A stretch of 64,000 nt of DNA from an uncultured Bacilli bacterium (GCA_944371605.1 CALVXU010000024.1:4382-68381); one strand, 5' to 3'; counted from the first letter of the stretch, positions 9,586 through 20,070 are shown. The notes: generated by a model not told the origin, from the letters alone. Translations and numbers: made by a program.

Positions 9586-11220
9586 ATGAAGAATAGAAAA
9601 TTGTTGAGTATCTGTGCCATCGCTTTTTGTGGATTGGCGCTTGTAAGCTGTCAAAAAAATACTTCTAATAGTTCTAGTTCAACCGAAGAATATACTAAAA
9701 CTGAATATACTGATGGTTTGGTTTTTGAATTGAATGAAGCTAAAGATGGATATGTGGTAACTGACTATTTATCTATTGAAGCTGAGGTCATTATTCCAGA
9801 ATTATATTCCGGGTTGCCAGTGAGAGAAATCGGTGATGAATGCTTTCAATATGATGATATTGTCGATATCGAACTACCAAGGTCATTAAGAAAGATTGGA
9901 AACAACGCCTTCGAAGGGGTGAACGGATTGGCTGAGATTGTCATTCCTGAAGGGGTGGAGGAGATTGGCTCTAATGCTTTTTATTATATTTCCACGATGG
10001 AAAGCATCACTTTGCCATCTACTTTAAAGACTCTAGGTTCAACTGCTTTTGGCTTAGCCTCGGAATTTACTGAAATTGATGTCAATGAAAATAATCAATA
10101 TTTCCAAGATATAAATGGTGTTTTATTCAGCAAGGATGGGACTACTTTATATTGTTATCCTCAAGGAAAAGCGAACACCACCTATGATATTCCAAATACG
10201 GTTAAGACGATTGCCGATCATGCTTTTTATGCGGCGACGAACCTCACTTCTGTCACCATTCCTGAGAATGTAGAAACTATCGGATATAGAGCTTTAGCCG
10301 CTTTAAATAATTGCACACAGATAGTCATCAATCCTACAACCTCTAAATTAAAGACAATCGGTGCTCGAGCATTTAGTGAAAATAGTAGCATTCAATCATT
10401 CATTATTCCCAAATCAGTCACTTCTTTGGGAGAAGGTGTTTTTGCTGGCGATACTTCATTGACTGCTGTTTCATGCTTGAATACGTTGACAAGTATCCCC
10501 GATTCGTTTTTTGATAGCTGTTCTAAGCTTTTGACTTTCAACATGCCTAACACTGTTACTTCTATCGGCAAAAATGCATTTGATGGCTGCGGGTCAATCT
10601 CAATATTGACTTTACCTAATAGTTTAGAAGAGATTGGTGAAGGGGCTTTTAGTGCTTGTAAATCACTAACTAGTGTCACTATTCCGGAGAAAGTAACTGA
10701 GCTTCCTGAAGATGTTTTCAGTTATTGTACATCTCTTTCTAGAGTCGTTTTCCCTGCAGGCTTAAAAACGATTGGGACAAGAGCCTTTGCTGGTACAGCC
10801 TTAACATCTTTAAATTTGGAAGACACTCAAGTTGAAACTATTTCTCAAACCGCATTTTTCCAAGTTGGAACATTGACTGATGTTAATTTCCCAAGCACTT
10901 TAAAAGAGATTGGTAATCAAGCTTTTCAAGGCACGGATATTGCAAATCTCGAACTAAATGAAGGTTTAGAAACTTTGGGGGAATGGGCATTTGGAGACAT
11001 TCATTCATTAGCCAATGTTTACTTACCTTCTACTTTAAAAGAGGTTGGACAGTGCTGCTTCCAGTGGAATCAAATCGGTGAAGGTAAAGTGAATTATTAC
11101 ACTCCTTTAGCGAGTATCCCATCGACTTGGAATGAGAATTGGGTGATTGAAACAGCTGCTAACATCAATCTATCTTCTTCTTTAGAAGAATTCCATAATG
11201 CGATTGCCGCTACAGAATAA
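9586..11220 (+). CDS. BspA-type leucine-rich-repeat (LRR_5) lipoprotein
   Basis: Lipobox LVSC; many LxxIxIPxxVxxIGxxAFxxC repeats; NGVLFSKDGTTLYCYP motif typical of BspA proteins. Confidence 0.92.
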   Translation: MKNRKLLSICAIAFCGLALVSCQKNTSNSSSSTEEYTKTEYTDGLVFELNEAKDGYVVTDYLSIEAEVIIPELYSGLPVREIGDECFQYDDIVDIELPRSLRKIGNNAFEGVNGLAEIVIPEGVEEIGSNAFYYISTMESITLPSTLKTLGSTAFGLASEFTEIDVNENNQYFQDINGVLFSKDGTTLYCYPQGKANTTYDIPNTVKTIADHAFYAATNLTSVTIPENVETIGYRALAALNNCTQIVINPTTSKLKTIGARAFSENSSIQSFIIPKSVTSLGEGVFAGDTSLTAVSCLNTLTSIPDSFFDSCSKLLTFNMPNTVTSIGKNAFDGCGSISILTLPNSLEEIGEGAFSACKSLTSVTIPEKVTELPEDVFSYCTSLSRVVFPAGLKTIGTRAFAGTALTSLNLEDTQVETISQTAFFQVGTLTDVNFPSTLKEIGNQAFQGTDIANLELNEGLETLGEWAFGDIHSLANVYLPSTLKEVGQCCFQWNQIGEGKVNYYTPLASIPSTWNENWVIETAANINLSSSLEEFHNAIAATE

Positions 11221-11225
11221 AGATT

Positions 11226-12890
11226 ATGAAAAAGAATAAAATTACGATTTTAGCATTGTGCTCTTCATTCTTGTTTTCTTTTTGCTTCACTTCTTGTGCT
11301 GATGGTAGCTTGAATACTTCTTCATCTTTTTCGCAAAAAGATGAATTAAAATTGACGATCACTAGCACTGCAGATTATATCGGTCTCAATGAATATGCTT
11401 ATTTGACTACTATTGATCAAAATGGTGATGAAGCAGCTGTTGATTATGTATCTAGTGATGAAAATGTTGCGACGGTTTCTTCAACAGGAACAGTCAAAGG
11501 CATTTCTTTTGGCGAGGTTACAGTCACTGCTATTAGTAAAGTAGATTCAAAGATAACTGATTCTATTGTTATCACTGTCGGAGAATCTTTAACACTCTAT
11601 AATGTTATGAATAGACTGCTGAAGGCTGATTCATATAAAACAACATATACCGGTAGATTTACATATGGTTACACCAATTATAGTTTTAATAATGTTGAAG
11701 AAGTTAATAGTGACACTTATTACTTTGATGCAATCGATGAAAATGATTGGTTTAAAGATGTTGGATATGCTTCGAGAAATTATGAGACGTTTGAATTTTC
11801 GAAAATAGGTGATGAAGTTTCTAATGCTATATATCTAAGAAATTATTATGAGAATTATTCTGATTTCATCTATTTAGCTAAAGAGATGTCAGGAAATTAT
11901 TATTCTTTAACGCCTGATGAAGATGGGCTTTATAATTTGAAAAATGGTGTGGACACTTCGCTTTTCTTAAATCTTGTCTTCCAAAATGCTGATATGCCTA
12001 CCAACTTTAATTTGACTAATGTGTTAAATGATATCACTGGATTAACCGCTGAAGTTTTAGCTGCTGATTCGTTTAAAATCGATATCCATTTTGACAGAGG
12101 TGTTTATACTTCTAATGGATACATCACATTGATATTTTCTGATTTTAATGATGTTGATTTATCATATGTCGATGAATATTTAAAAAATAATCAAATAGCC
12201 GTTCCAGCGACAGACGATAAAATTTTAAGAATTCGTGAATTAATTGCCGATTATAATTACATCTCTAATTTAGGAACATCGATTGTTTATGATGAAAACG
12301 GCGATATTTCTAGTACTATTCCAATTGGAGATTTGCAGTTTACAAAAGATTATCTTTACTTTAACTATTCTGATGAGTATCTCCAACAAAATCAAGATTT
12401 AGTCAGAGGTGGATATATCAATTTATCTGATGGTGTATATACTTTCTTAGTCGATGATGCCCAAAACATCACTCTTGATTCTAAATGGAACTATGTTGAT
12501 GAGGAGGGAAATCCTTATACTCGTTACCAAGACTATTATCCTAATATAACTTTAGTGATGGACATAATCGCTGAAGAGAATAAATTATATTCATTTGTTT
12601 CGGATACGACTAGTATGTTTGATGGCTCTGAATTCAAAAGCGATTCTTATGTTTCATTAAATATTGCTGCTCAGTTAGATGGAGACGCTGTAGAGGCTGG
12701 CGGCACTCCATATGCTTTATATGTAGGACTAAAAGATAGCTCTGTTGATGAAGAGGCGATAGTGGGGATAGGCAGCTCATTTCAATTTGTGGATATGGGA
12801 GGTGTTGTGATTCCCCCAATCTATAAGACATATACTGATTTTGGAAAAGCAAATGTCGATTTTATCGATACGTATTTAGCTTCATTATAG
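11226..12890 (+). CDS. Lipoprotein with N-terminal Ig-like (Big_2) domain
   Basis: Lipobox FTSC; YVSSDENVATVSSTGTVKGISFGEVTVTA Big_2 motif. Confidence 0.82.
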   Translation: MKKNKITILALCSSFLFSFCFTSCADGSLNTSSSFSQKDELKLTITSTADYIGLNEYAYLTTIDQNGDEAAVDYVSSDENVATVSSTGTVKGISFGEVTVTAISKVDSKITDSIVITVGESLTLYNVMNRLLKADSYKTTYTGRFTYGYTNYSFNNVEEVNSDTYYFDAIDENDWFKDVGYASRNYETFEFSKIGDEVSNAIYLRNYYENYSDFIYLAKEMSGNYYSLTPDEDGLYNLKNGVDTSLFLNLVFQNADMPTNFNLTNVLNDITGLTAEVLAADSFKIDIHFDRGVYTSNGYITLIFSDFNDVDLSYVDEYLKNNQIAVPATDDKILRIRELIADYNYISNLGTSIVYDENGDISSTIPIGDLQFTKDYLYFNYSDEYLQQNQDLVRGGYINLSDGVYTFLVDDAQNITLDSKWNYVDEEGNPYTRYQDYYPNITLVMDIIAEENKLYSFVSDTTSMFDGSEFKSDSYVSLNIAAQLDGDAVEAGGTPYALYVGLKDSSVDEEAIVGIGSSFQFVDMGGVVIPPIYKTYTDFGKANVDFIDTYLASL

Positions 12891-13025
12891 GCTGTTTTGA
12901 GTGAGAACTTCATCTGTTTTAAAAAATGTTTTAAGCTTGATATAAATCACAATAATTGAATACAAATCTCTAAAGTAAATATGAGTTATGTTGTATAATT
13001 TAATAGATTAAACGAGGAGAAAATC

Positions 13026-14699
13026 TTGGCATATCAAGCATTTTATAACAAGTATCGACCTCAGACTTTTGATGAAGTGGTCGGTCAAAAAGCGGTTGTA
13101 GCTACTTTGAAGAATGCGATTAAAGAAAATAAAATCGTACATGCTTACCTGTTTTGTGGGCCTAGAGGTACTGGAAAAACTACTATGGCTCGTCTTTTCG
13201 CTAAAGCTTTAAATTGTCAAAATGGTATTGGTAAACAATGTAACAATTGTGATTCTTGCCAAGCTATTATCAAAGGTGAGCATCCGGATGTCGTAGAGAT
13301 CGATGCTGCGTCTAATTCAACTGTTGATAGCGTCAGACAACTCATCGATAGTGTGTCTTATCAGCCTATCATGTCTAGATATAAAATCTATATTATTGAT
13401 GAAGTGCATAACATGTCTAACTCTGCTTTTAATGCCCTGCTAAAGACATTAGAAGAGCCACCATCATTTGTTGTTTTTATTTTAGCGACGACTGAACCAC
13501 AAAAAATTTTACCGACTATTCTTTCTCGTGTGCAAAGATTTGACTTTTCTAAAGTTGTCAAGAATGATCTCATCTTCAATATGGATAGAATTTTAAAAAA
13601 AGAAAACATTTCCTTTGAAGAAGGAGCGTTAGAATTGATAGCTTCTTTATCTGATGGCGGTGTTAGAGATTCTTTGTCTTTGCTTGATCAAGCTGTTTCA
13701 TATAGTGGTGATAATTTGACTGTTCATGATGTTGATACGCTATTTGGACTGATGTCTATTGAAGATGAAATCCATCTCATCAATTTGATTTCTGATAAAA
13801 AGACAGATGAAGTTATAAAACTGATAAAATCTAAATATGATAAAGGCATTGATATTATCAGATTACATAACGATTTAATTGCTCTATATAAAGATGCTCT
13901 TATATATTCAGTAACAAAAGATAGCAGTTTGCTAGAAAAAGCTAATGTCGAACAGATCAAACTGATCAAAGATGATGCCAGCACTTTAAATAATCGCATC
14001 AAAGAGCTGATTGTTTCTAAAAGAGATTATCGCTCTGCTGATAATGTCTTTGCCCATTTTGAACTATCAATATTAGATTTAATGACATCTGAAAACGCCC
14101 ATCCGACTCCGATTCTTCAAAAAGAAAGACCTCTTGAAGTTGCTGGCATGAATAAAAGAGTCCAGGAAACAGAACAATTAAAAACCAAGCCTGTCGTGAT
14201 AACTAAGACGAATATTAAAAAAGGTTTTGAAGCTAAGAAAGTCGAAGAAACTAAAACTGAAGATAAAATCGTTTATAATTCCGATGATATTTTAAATCTG
14301 ATGGAACAAGCCGATAGGGAAGAAAGACTTAAGGTCGAAAGCAAATGGGGTTTATTGCAAAATCTTTTTGCATCAAAGACAGCATATGAAGCTCGAGCGT
14401 TAGCTAGTTGTAAGCTTCGATTAGTTGCTAAAGGTATTTTACTCGTCACTTCTAATATGATGAGTGAAATCAATAAAATTAACAATAAGAGTTCTCAAAC
14501 TATATTGATGGATATAGCTAAAGATGTTTTTGATAAAGCTTATCATGTTTTGCCTATTGCTGATAGAGAATTCAAAGACTGCTATATGAGTTATAAAACT
14601 GGTAAAAAAGTAGAGATGAAAGAACCGAATATCGATTTCGGCGATGAAAAAAAAGAAACTAATTCTACTCAATTCTTTGATGAATTGATGAATGGATGA
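13026..14699 (+). CDS. dnaX: DNA polymerase III subunit gamma/tau
   Basis: KYRPQTFDEVVGQ, GPRGTGKTT, C-C-x2-C-x2-C zinc site, EIDAASN, IIDEVH, LLKTLEEPP; TTG start after GAGGAG. Confidence 0.97.
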   Translation: MAYQAFYNKYRPQTFDEVVGQKAVVATLKNAIKENKIVHAYLFCGPRGTGKTTMARLFAKALNCQNGIGKQCNNCDSCQAIIKGEHPDVVEIDAASNSTVDSVRQLIDSVSYQPIMSRYKIYIIDEVHNMSNSAFNALLKTLEEPPSFVVFILATTEPQKILPTILSRVQRFDFSKVVKNDLIFNMDRILKKENISFEEGALELIASLSDGGVRDSLSLLDQAVSYSGDNLTVHDVDTLFGLMSIEDEIHLINLISDKKTDEVIKLIKSKYDKGIDIIRLHNDLIALYKDALIYSVTKDSSLLEKANVEQIKLIKDDASTLNNRIKELIVSKRDYRSADNVFAHFELSILDLMTSENAHPTPILQKERPLEVAGMNKRVQETEQLKTKPVVITKTNIKKGFEAKKVEETKTEDKIVYNSDDILNLMEQADREERLKVESKWGLLQNLFASKTAYEARALASCKLRLVAKGILLVTSNMMSEINKINNKSSQTILMDIAKDVFDKAYHVLPIADREFKDCYMSYKTGKKVEMKEPNIDFGDEKKETNSTQFFDELMNG

Positions 14700-15058
14700 C
14701 GGAGGAGATAAAGATGGAAGACGAAAATATCAAAAAAGCTGAACAAGCGACAAAGATGGCTATGCTTCAAGATCGCGCTAAAGAGTTTCAAGATAAGAAT
14801 CGCGAATTGCAGAACAAAGAATACCAAGGACGTGTTCAAGGTATAAATATTTCTATGAGAGGCGATTTTGTTGTCAATAATGTTCATATCGATCAAAGCT
14901 TTTATGAAACTGCTAGCAAAGGTCAGATAGAGATAGCGATCACCAAGTGTTTAGCTAATTTACATACTGCTGTTCAAAACGATATCGAGCTATTAGCTAA
15001 ACAATTCCAAGACGAAATCGTACGCATGCAAAAAGATAACGGCGATGGAACATATTGA
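14696..15058 (+). CDS. ybaB: YbaB/EbfC-family nucleoid-associated protein
   Basis: Conserved position between dnaX and recR; helix-beta-helix pattern (EYQG, INISMRGDFVVNNVHID). Confidence 0.75.
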   Translation: MTEEIKMEDENIKKAEQATKMAMLQDRAKEFQDKNRELQNKEYQGRVQGINISMRGDFVVNNVHIDQSFYETASKGQIEIAITKCLANLHTAVQNDIELLAKQFQDEIVRMQKDNGDGTY

Positions 15059-15656
15059 AACAGTTAAAGAATTGATAGCTTGCTATAAAAAGCTTCCTGG
15101 GATTGGAACAAAAACAGCTGAGCGATTAGCATATGCTACTCTTAGGTTATCAAAAATAGATCGTGATGCTTTTCAAGCAGCACTATTTGATTTGGATTCA
15201 AAAGTTAAATTATGTCCGCGATGCGGGACTTTTTTTGAAGATAGGTGCCCTATTTGCTCTGATCCTAAAAGAAATAAACAACTCTTATTAGTTGTCAGTG
15301 ATAGCAAAGATATCTTGGCTATTGAAAGAACTAACACTTATAACGGTTTATATTTCACTTTGAATGGAAACCTTTCACCATTAAAGAATAAAACAGCTAA
15401 AGATATCGGAATAGATGAATTAAAAAAAAGAGTTGAAACCGAGCAGATACAGGAAGTGATTTTAGCACTTCCGACATCCTTAGAAGGTGAGACTACCGCA
15501 TTATATATAACCAATATTTTAAAGGATTTACATGATGTGAAGGTTTCTCGTTTGGCTTATGGTATCCCGATTGGTACTAATTTAGAATATTTAGATGAGA
15601 TGACGATATCTCAATCTCTTAAAGGAAGAGTAGTTATTTCAGGAGAAAACAAATGA
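15045..15656 (+). CDS. recR: Recombination mediator RecR
   Basis: LPGIGTKTAERLA HhH, CPRC-CPIC zinc finger, Toprim EGETTALYI, SRLAYGIPIG. Confidence 0.97.
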   Translation: MEHIETVKELIACYKKLPGIGTKTAERLAYATLRLSKIDRDAFQAALFDLDSKVKLCPRCGTFFEDRCPICSDPKRNKQLLLVVSDSKDILAIERTNTYNGLYFTLNGNLSPLKNKTAKDIGIDELKKRVETEQIQEVILALPTSLEGETTALYITNILKDLHDVKVSRLAYGIPIGTNLEYLDEMTISQSLKGRVVISGENK

Positions 15657-16285
15657 ATACAGGTTTATTTATCACTTTTGAAGGGTGTGATGGCTGTGGC
15701 AAAACTACGGTGATGAATCTAGTATGCCAGCAACTTATCAAAAAAGGCTACGATATTTTACAAACCCGTGAGCCCGGTGGAAGCACTATTGCTGAAGAGA
15801 TCAGAAATATCATTTTAGATAAAAAGAATATTTTGATGGATTCTAGAACTGAAGCTTTGCTCTATGCTGCATCAAGAAGACAGCATTTAGTCGAAGTTGT
15901 TTTACCGGCTTTAAAAGAAAATAAAATCGTCATTTGCGATCGCTATCTAGACTCTTCTTTAGCTTATCAAGGATATGCGAGAGAAATCGGCATCGATGAA
16001 GTCATGTCGATCAACGCATTTGCTATCGATAAGACTTTTCCACAACTGACTATCTATTTGGATTTAACTCCTGAAGAAGGATTGAATCGTATCGCCAAAA
16101 ATGATCAGCGCGAAGTTAATCGTTTAGACTTAGAAAAGCTTTCGTTTCATCAGAAAGTATATGATGGGTATAAAATTTTGATAGATCGTTATCCGGATAG
16201 AATCAAAGTTATCGATGCTAGAAAAGCGATTCAAGAGGAAGTCGATGAATGTTTAAACTTGATATTAGAGAAGATCAATGGATAA
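15653..16285 (+). CDS. tmk: Thymidylate kinase
   Basis: FITFEGCDGCGKTT, TREPGG, CDRYLDSSLAYQG. Confidence 0.97.
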   Translation: MNTGLFITFEGCDGCGKTTVMNLVCQQLIKKGYDILQTREPGGSTIAEEIRNIILDKKNILMDSRTEALLYAASRRQHLVEVVLPALKENKIVICDRYLDSSLAYQGYAREIGIDEVMSINAFAIDKTFPQLTIYLDLTPEEGLNRIAKNDQREVNRLDLEKLSFHQKVYDGYKILIDRYPDRIKVIDARKAIQEEVDECLNLILEKING

Positions 16286-17267
16286 GAAAATATTATTAAA
16301 AGCTGAGCCAAAACTAGCAAAACTGTTTATCAACTCACGTAAGAAAGATCGAGTCGCTAACGCTTATCTTTTATATGGAAATCGCAATGCTCCTTTGAAA
16401 GAAACAGCGGTTTATTTAGCAAAATCTTTAAGTTGTGAACAGGATTTGTTAGCTTGCGATAATTGCCCTAGTTGCAAGAGATTTAACAATGGTATTCGAC
16501 CAGATTTTTATCTTATTGATGGAGAGGAAACCACAATTAAGAAAGATGATATCAAATCATTAGAATCAGCTTTCTCTCTTTCGGCTTTAGAAAAAAATCA
16601 CCGATTGACATATGTGATCAATCGGATTGAGAATATCACTGAAGAAGCATCTAATTCCCTATTAAAATTTTTGGAGGAGCCAAAGGAAGGGCAGGTGGCA
16701 TTTTTGACGACCTATAACATACAAAGAGTTCTTCCTACCATTAGATCTAGGTCTTTGGAAATACGTATTGATCCCGTTTCTCCGATAGACTTTTATGAAA
16801 GCCTATCAAATGAAGAATTTATCTTAGATAAAGATGTTCGTAAACATTTATCTACTACTGAAGCCTTTATCATCAGCCGTTTTTATTCGAATATTTCTGA
16901 GGTTGAGCAAGTTTTAAAAGAAGGCTTTTTTGAAACTGGATTTCTAGCTGCTGAAGAATTCCTTAATGACTTAGTGGTTGATCATAAAAAAGCAGCGTTC
17001 ACTCTTTTAAAATCAACTCAACATATAAAAGAAGCTCAGTGTTATAATTGGTTATATCTGACCATCAATGAAATCTTTACTTTAGCTTTAGTGAATGATG
17101 AATCAGATAATCCATTTCAGGAGATTATCAAATCATTAGCTATGCATGCTGTCGCTATTAAGAATGGACAAAAAGTGATCAGCGAAGCATTAGCGTTGAA
17201 ACAGATTAATCTCAATCCGACATTGGTCATAGCTAGATTAGCTAAAATAATTAATGAGGAATATTGA
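16278..17267 (+). CDS. holB: DNA polymerase III subunit delta-prime
   Basis: NAYLLYG, ACDNCPSC, SNSLLKFLEEP, LPTIRSR; degenerate Walker A; follows tmk. Confidence 0.92.
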   Translation: MDKKILLKAEPKLAKLFINSRKKDRVANAYLLYGNRNAPLKETAVYLAKSLSCEQDLLACDNCPSCKRFNNGIRPDFYLIDGEETTIKKDDIKSLESAFSLSALEKNHRLTYVINRIENITEEASNSLLKFLEEPKEGQVAFLTTYNIQRVLPTIRSRSLEIRIDPVSPIDFYESLSNEEFILDKDVRKHLSTTEAFIISRFYSNISEVEQVLKEGFFETGFLAAEEFLNDLVVDHKKAAFTLLKSTQHIKEAQCYNWLYLTINEIFTLALVNDESDNPFQEIIKSLAMHAVAIKNGQKVISEALALKQINLNPTLVIARLAKIINEEY

Positions 17268-17268
17268 T

Positions 17269-18387
17269 ATGATAACTTTAATCGGAGTGCCTTTTGATTT
17301 TGCTGGTATGACGTACTATTCTACTAGCAAAGACATCGAAATAGGTTCTAAGGTTGTTTGCACCACACCGCATGGGACTTTTATTGGAACTGTAGCAAAG
17401 ATCAGAAAGCCGAGCGAAGAAGAACTAGAGAAAACTGACTTTGATACGATTTTCCCATCGATAGATCGCATAGCAAATTTTCAAGATTTAGCTTTTGATC
17501 GCGAAGCAAAAGTAAAAGAAGCTGAAATCACTAGAGTCACTCAACAAGAATCGGATGAATTGAAGTTGAATATGAATATTCTCAATACTTATTTAGACTT
17601 ATCCAGTGACAAAGCATTGATCACATTCACTTCTGATAATCGCGTCGATTTCAGAGAATTAGTCAAAATCTTAATCGGAATGTTCCACCTTCGCATCGAA
17701 TTGAGACAGATTGGTCCACGTGACCAAGCTAAGCTGATCGGTGGTATCGGTGCATGCGGTCTTCCAATCTGTTGTTCGACATTCTTGAACTCTTTTGATG
17801 GCATATCGATCGCCATGGCTAAAAATCAATTGTTAGCCATCAATATTCCAAAATTATCTGGTCAATGTGGGAAATTGATGTGCTGTTTGAAATTTGAAGA
17901 TGAAGCGTATGCACAACTGAGACCTACTTTTCCTAAAATTGGAGATAAAATCACTTATCGAAAGTCTGAATATGCAGTGACCGGTTTAAATGTTTTAAGC
18001 GGGATTATCACTGCATATAATGGCGATAATTACGAAAACTTCACTAAAGAACAATATGAACGGGTTCAGCAAGGATTGGACAAAGGTGATGAAGATGAAC
18101 TCATCATCGATATGAATTCTGGCGTGGATTTATCGGGCAAAGGAATCGAAGACACCAAGCAGAGAATCGAACAGATAAAAAAATCTGAAGAGAAACATTT
18201 AGAAGATTTGAAGAACAGAGCTAAGAAAGCCAATAATAATCGTAATCGCAATAATCGCAATAATCATAGCGACTATCATCGCTATTCTAAAAATGCAAAA
18301 AAAGACACTGGTTTTATTCCTGTTTCACAAATAGCTGATCGCGAGGTACTAAATGTCAAAGCTGTCAAACACGATGAAAAAAAATGA
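17269..18387 (+). CDS. ricT: PSP1-domain Fe-S protein RicT/YaaT
   Basis: RVDFRELVK, RIELRQIGPRD, GGIGACGLPICC, LSGQCGKLMCCLKFE; start taken at ATG 17269 (GAGG SD) rather than 17254. Confidence 0.93.
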   Translation: MITLIGVPFDFAGMTYYSTSKDIEIGSKVVCTTPHGTFIGTVAKIRKPSEEELEKTDFDTIFPSIDRIANFQDLAFDREAKVKEAEITRVTQQESDELKLNMNILNTYLDLSSDKALITFTSDNRVDFRELVKILIGMFHLRIELRQIGPRDQAKLIGGIGACGLPICCSTFLNSFDGISIAMAKNQLLAINIPKLSGQCGKLMCCLKFEDEAYAQLRPTFPKIGDKITYRKSEYAVTGLNVLSGIITAYNGDNYENFTKEQYERVQQGLDKGDEDELIIDMNSGVDLSGKGIEDTKQRIEQIKKSEEKHLEDLKNRAKKANNNRNRNNRNNHSDYHRYSKNAKKDTGFIPVSQIADREVLNVKAVKHDEKK

Positions 18388-19219
18388 TGCTATTAAGGAT
18401 GGGACTATCGCTTTAGTTTCTACTCCGATCGGAAATCTTGCTGACATAACATATCGAGCAGTTGAATACTTGAGAAACGCTGATGTCATCGCTTGTGAAG
18501 ACACTAGAAACACAAGCATTTTGCTCAACCATTATCAAATCAAGCCTAAAAAACTCATCTCACTTTATGCTCAAACAGAAGCGAAAAACTCTATTTCTTT
18601 AGTGGATGAAGTAAAAGAAAAAAAGTTAAAGTTAGCGTATTGTTCAGATGCTGGCATGCCAGGTATTTCAGATCCTGGATCGTTGCTGATCAAAGAGGCT
18701 ATTAAACAAAATGTCCAGGTGACAGTTTTGCCTGGGCCTAATGCTGCTCTATCTGCACTAGTTTTATCAGGACTAGATACAGCTGATTTTTCCTTTTATG
18801 GTTTCTTGCCTACAAAATCAGGAAATATAAAAACAATACTAAATAGATTGAAAGAAAATCAAGAGACTTTAATCTTCTACGAATCACCTAATAGAGTAAT
18901 AAGCACTTTGCATATTATGAAAGAAATTTTTGGAAATGATAGACAATTTGCTTTAGTTAGAGAATTAACTAAAATCTATGAAGAGGTCATTCGTGGCACT
19001 TTAGGAGAAGTCGATGAATTGATCAAGGAAGTCAGAGGAGAGTGTGTCATCATAGTTGATGGCTATCATGGTGAAAAAGAGATTGATGAACATTTGCTAA
19101 AAAAAGAGATATCGAGATTATTAAAAGAAGGCAAGCCATTAAAAGAATGTGCTAAAGAGTTATCTCTCAAATATAATCTTAAGAAAAATCAAATCTATAA
19201 ATTGGGCTTAGACATTTAA
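18353..19219 (+). CDS. rsmI: 16S rRNA (C1402-2'-O)-methyltransferase
   Basis: STPIGNLADITYRA, ACEDTR, SDAGMPGISDPG, FYESPNR, RELTKIYEE. Confidence 0.96.
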   Translation: MSKLSNTMKKNDAIKDGTIALVSTPIGNLADITYRAVEYLRNADVIACEDTRNTSILLNHYQIKPKKLISLYAQTEAKNSISLVDEVKEKKLKLAYCSDAGMPGISDPGSLLIKEAIKQNVQVTVLPGPNAALSALVLSGLDTADFSFYGFLPTKSGNIKTILNRLKENQETLIFYESPNRVISTLHIMKEIFGNDRQFALVRELTKIYEEVIRGTLGEVDELIKEVRGECVIIVDGYHGEKEIDEHLLKKEISRLLKEGKPLKECAKELSLKYNLKKNQIYKLGLDI

Positions 19220-19221
19220 AG

Positions 19222-20070
19222 TCAGTCGTGAGTGATATCTGCCGCTTGTTTATAGTGTATTTGAGCTAACTGATCTTGAGATGTCATTTTATCTATGATC
19301 AATTTGACAATCTGTTCTAATTTGCTGTTCTCAGAATAATTTGCTTCGCATATGAAATCGACTCTTTCATCTGCGAATAATTTAGAAGCTAAAGGCTTTT
19401 TGCCACGAGAATAAACAGCGATTGATTGACCACCTTTTTCTCTCACCAACTTCATGCAAGGTACATCGGTTAATCCATCAGCGATATATATCATATTTCT
19501 AAATGGAATAGTGCGATCGGCTTCAGGAGTGGATTCGTTGATTTTATCATTGTCAGAAATATCTAAAACACCTTTATTGATGCGGAAAAGGAATTGTGTT
19601 TTAGTCGTGTAATTGATGACGCTTTTCGGCCAAACTGCTATATCATTGATGTATAAAAACTCACAAGCGAAGATTTTTTTGAAATATTTAGAGATAGGGG
19701 AGCCCTCGATGATCTCTTTATTACCTGAAGATATGACATAATGTTGAATTTCAACATCTTTGCCTTCACCATATTCATCGATTCGTTGGAACCAGGAATC
19801 GACTCCTGGGAAAAGCTTGACGTTTGCTCCCATTTGCACAAAGCTTTCACGATTGATTGGAAGGTTCTTTTTTTTAGCCTCGTCAAGCATTAAATACATA
19901 TATGTCAAAAGTGAATCCATATGATATTGTTTTGACATCTCATTACATTTATTCCAAAATTCTGTGGGTTTGATATTTAATGCGGGGATAAAAGAATAAT
20001 TTTGCATGTCTGTTGTGCAAAGTGTTTTATCGAAATCATAGAGGAGAGCTATTTTTGTCTTATAAGCCAT
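19222..20070 (-). CDS. HAD-superfamily hydrolase
   Basis: YDFDKTL motif I, ISSG, KTQFLFRINKG, YIADGLTDVPC; start MAYK chosen from AGGAGA SD. Confidence 0.88.
   Translation of the reverse strand: MAYKTKIALLYDFDKTLCTTDMQNYSFIPALNIKPTEFWNKCNEMSKQYHMDSLLTYMYLMLDEAKKKNLPINRESFVQMGANVKLFPGVDSWFQRIDEYGEGKDVEIQHYVISSGNKEIIEGSPISKYFKKIFACEFLYINDIAVWPKSVINYTTKTQFLFRINKGVLDISDNDKINESTPEADRTIPFRNMIYIADGLTDVPCMKLVREKGGQSIAVYSRGKKPLASKLFADERVDFICEANYSENSKLEQIVKLIIDKMTSQDQLAQIHYKQAADITHD

Noticed and set aside
12891-13025. SRP RNA upstream of dnaX, as in many Firmicutes
   Set aside because: Region is short and AT-rich with no GC-rich helix or GGAA-tetraloop SRP core
13590-13605. A-run in dnaX as a programmed gamma/tau frameshift site
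   Set aside because: Lies inside the AAA+ core, too early for a gamma product; A-runs are common at this AT content
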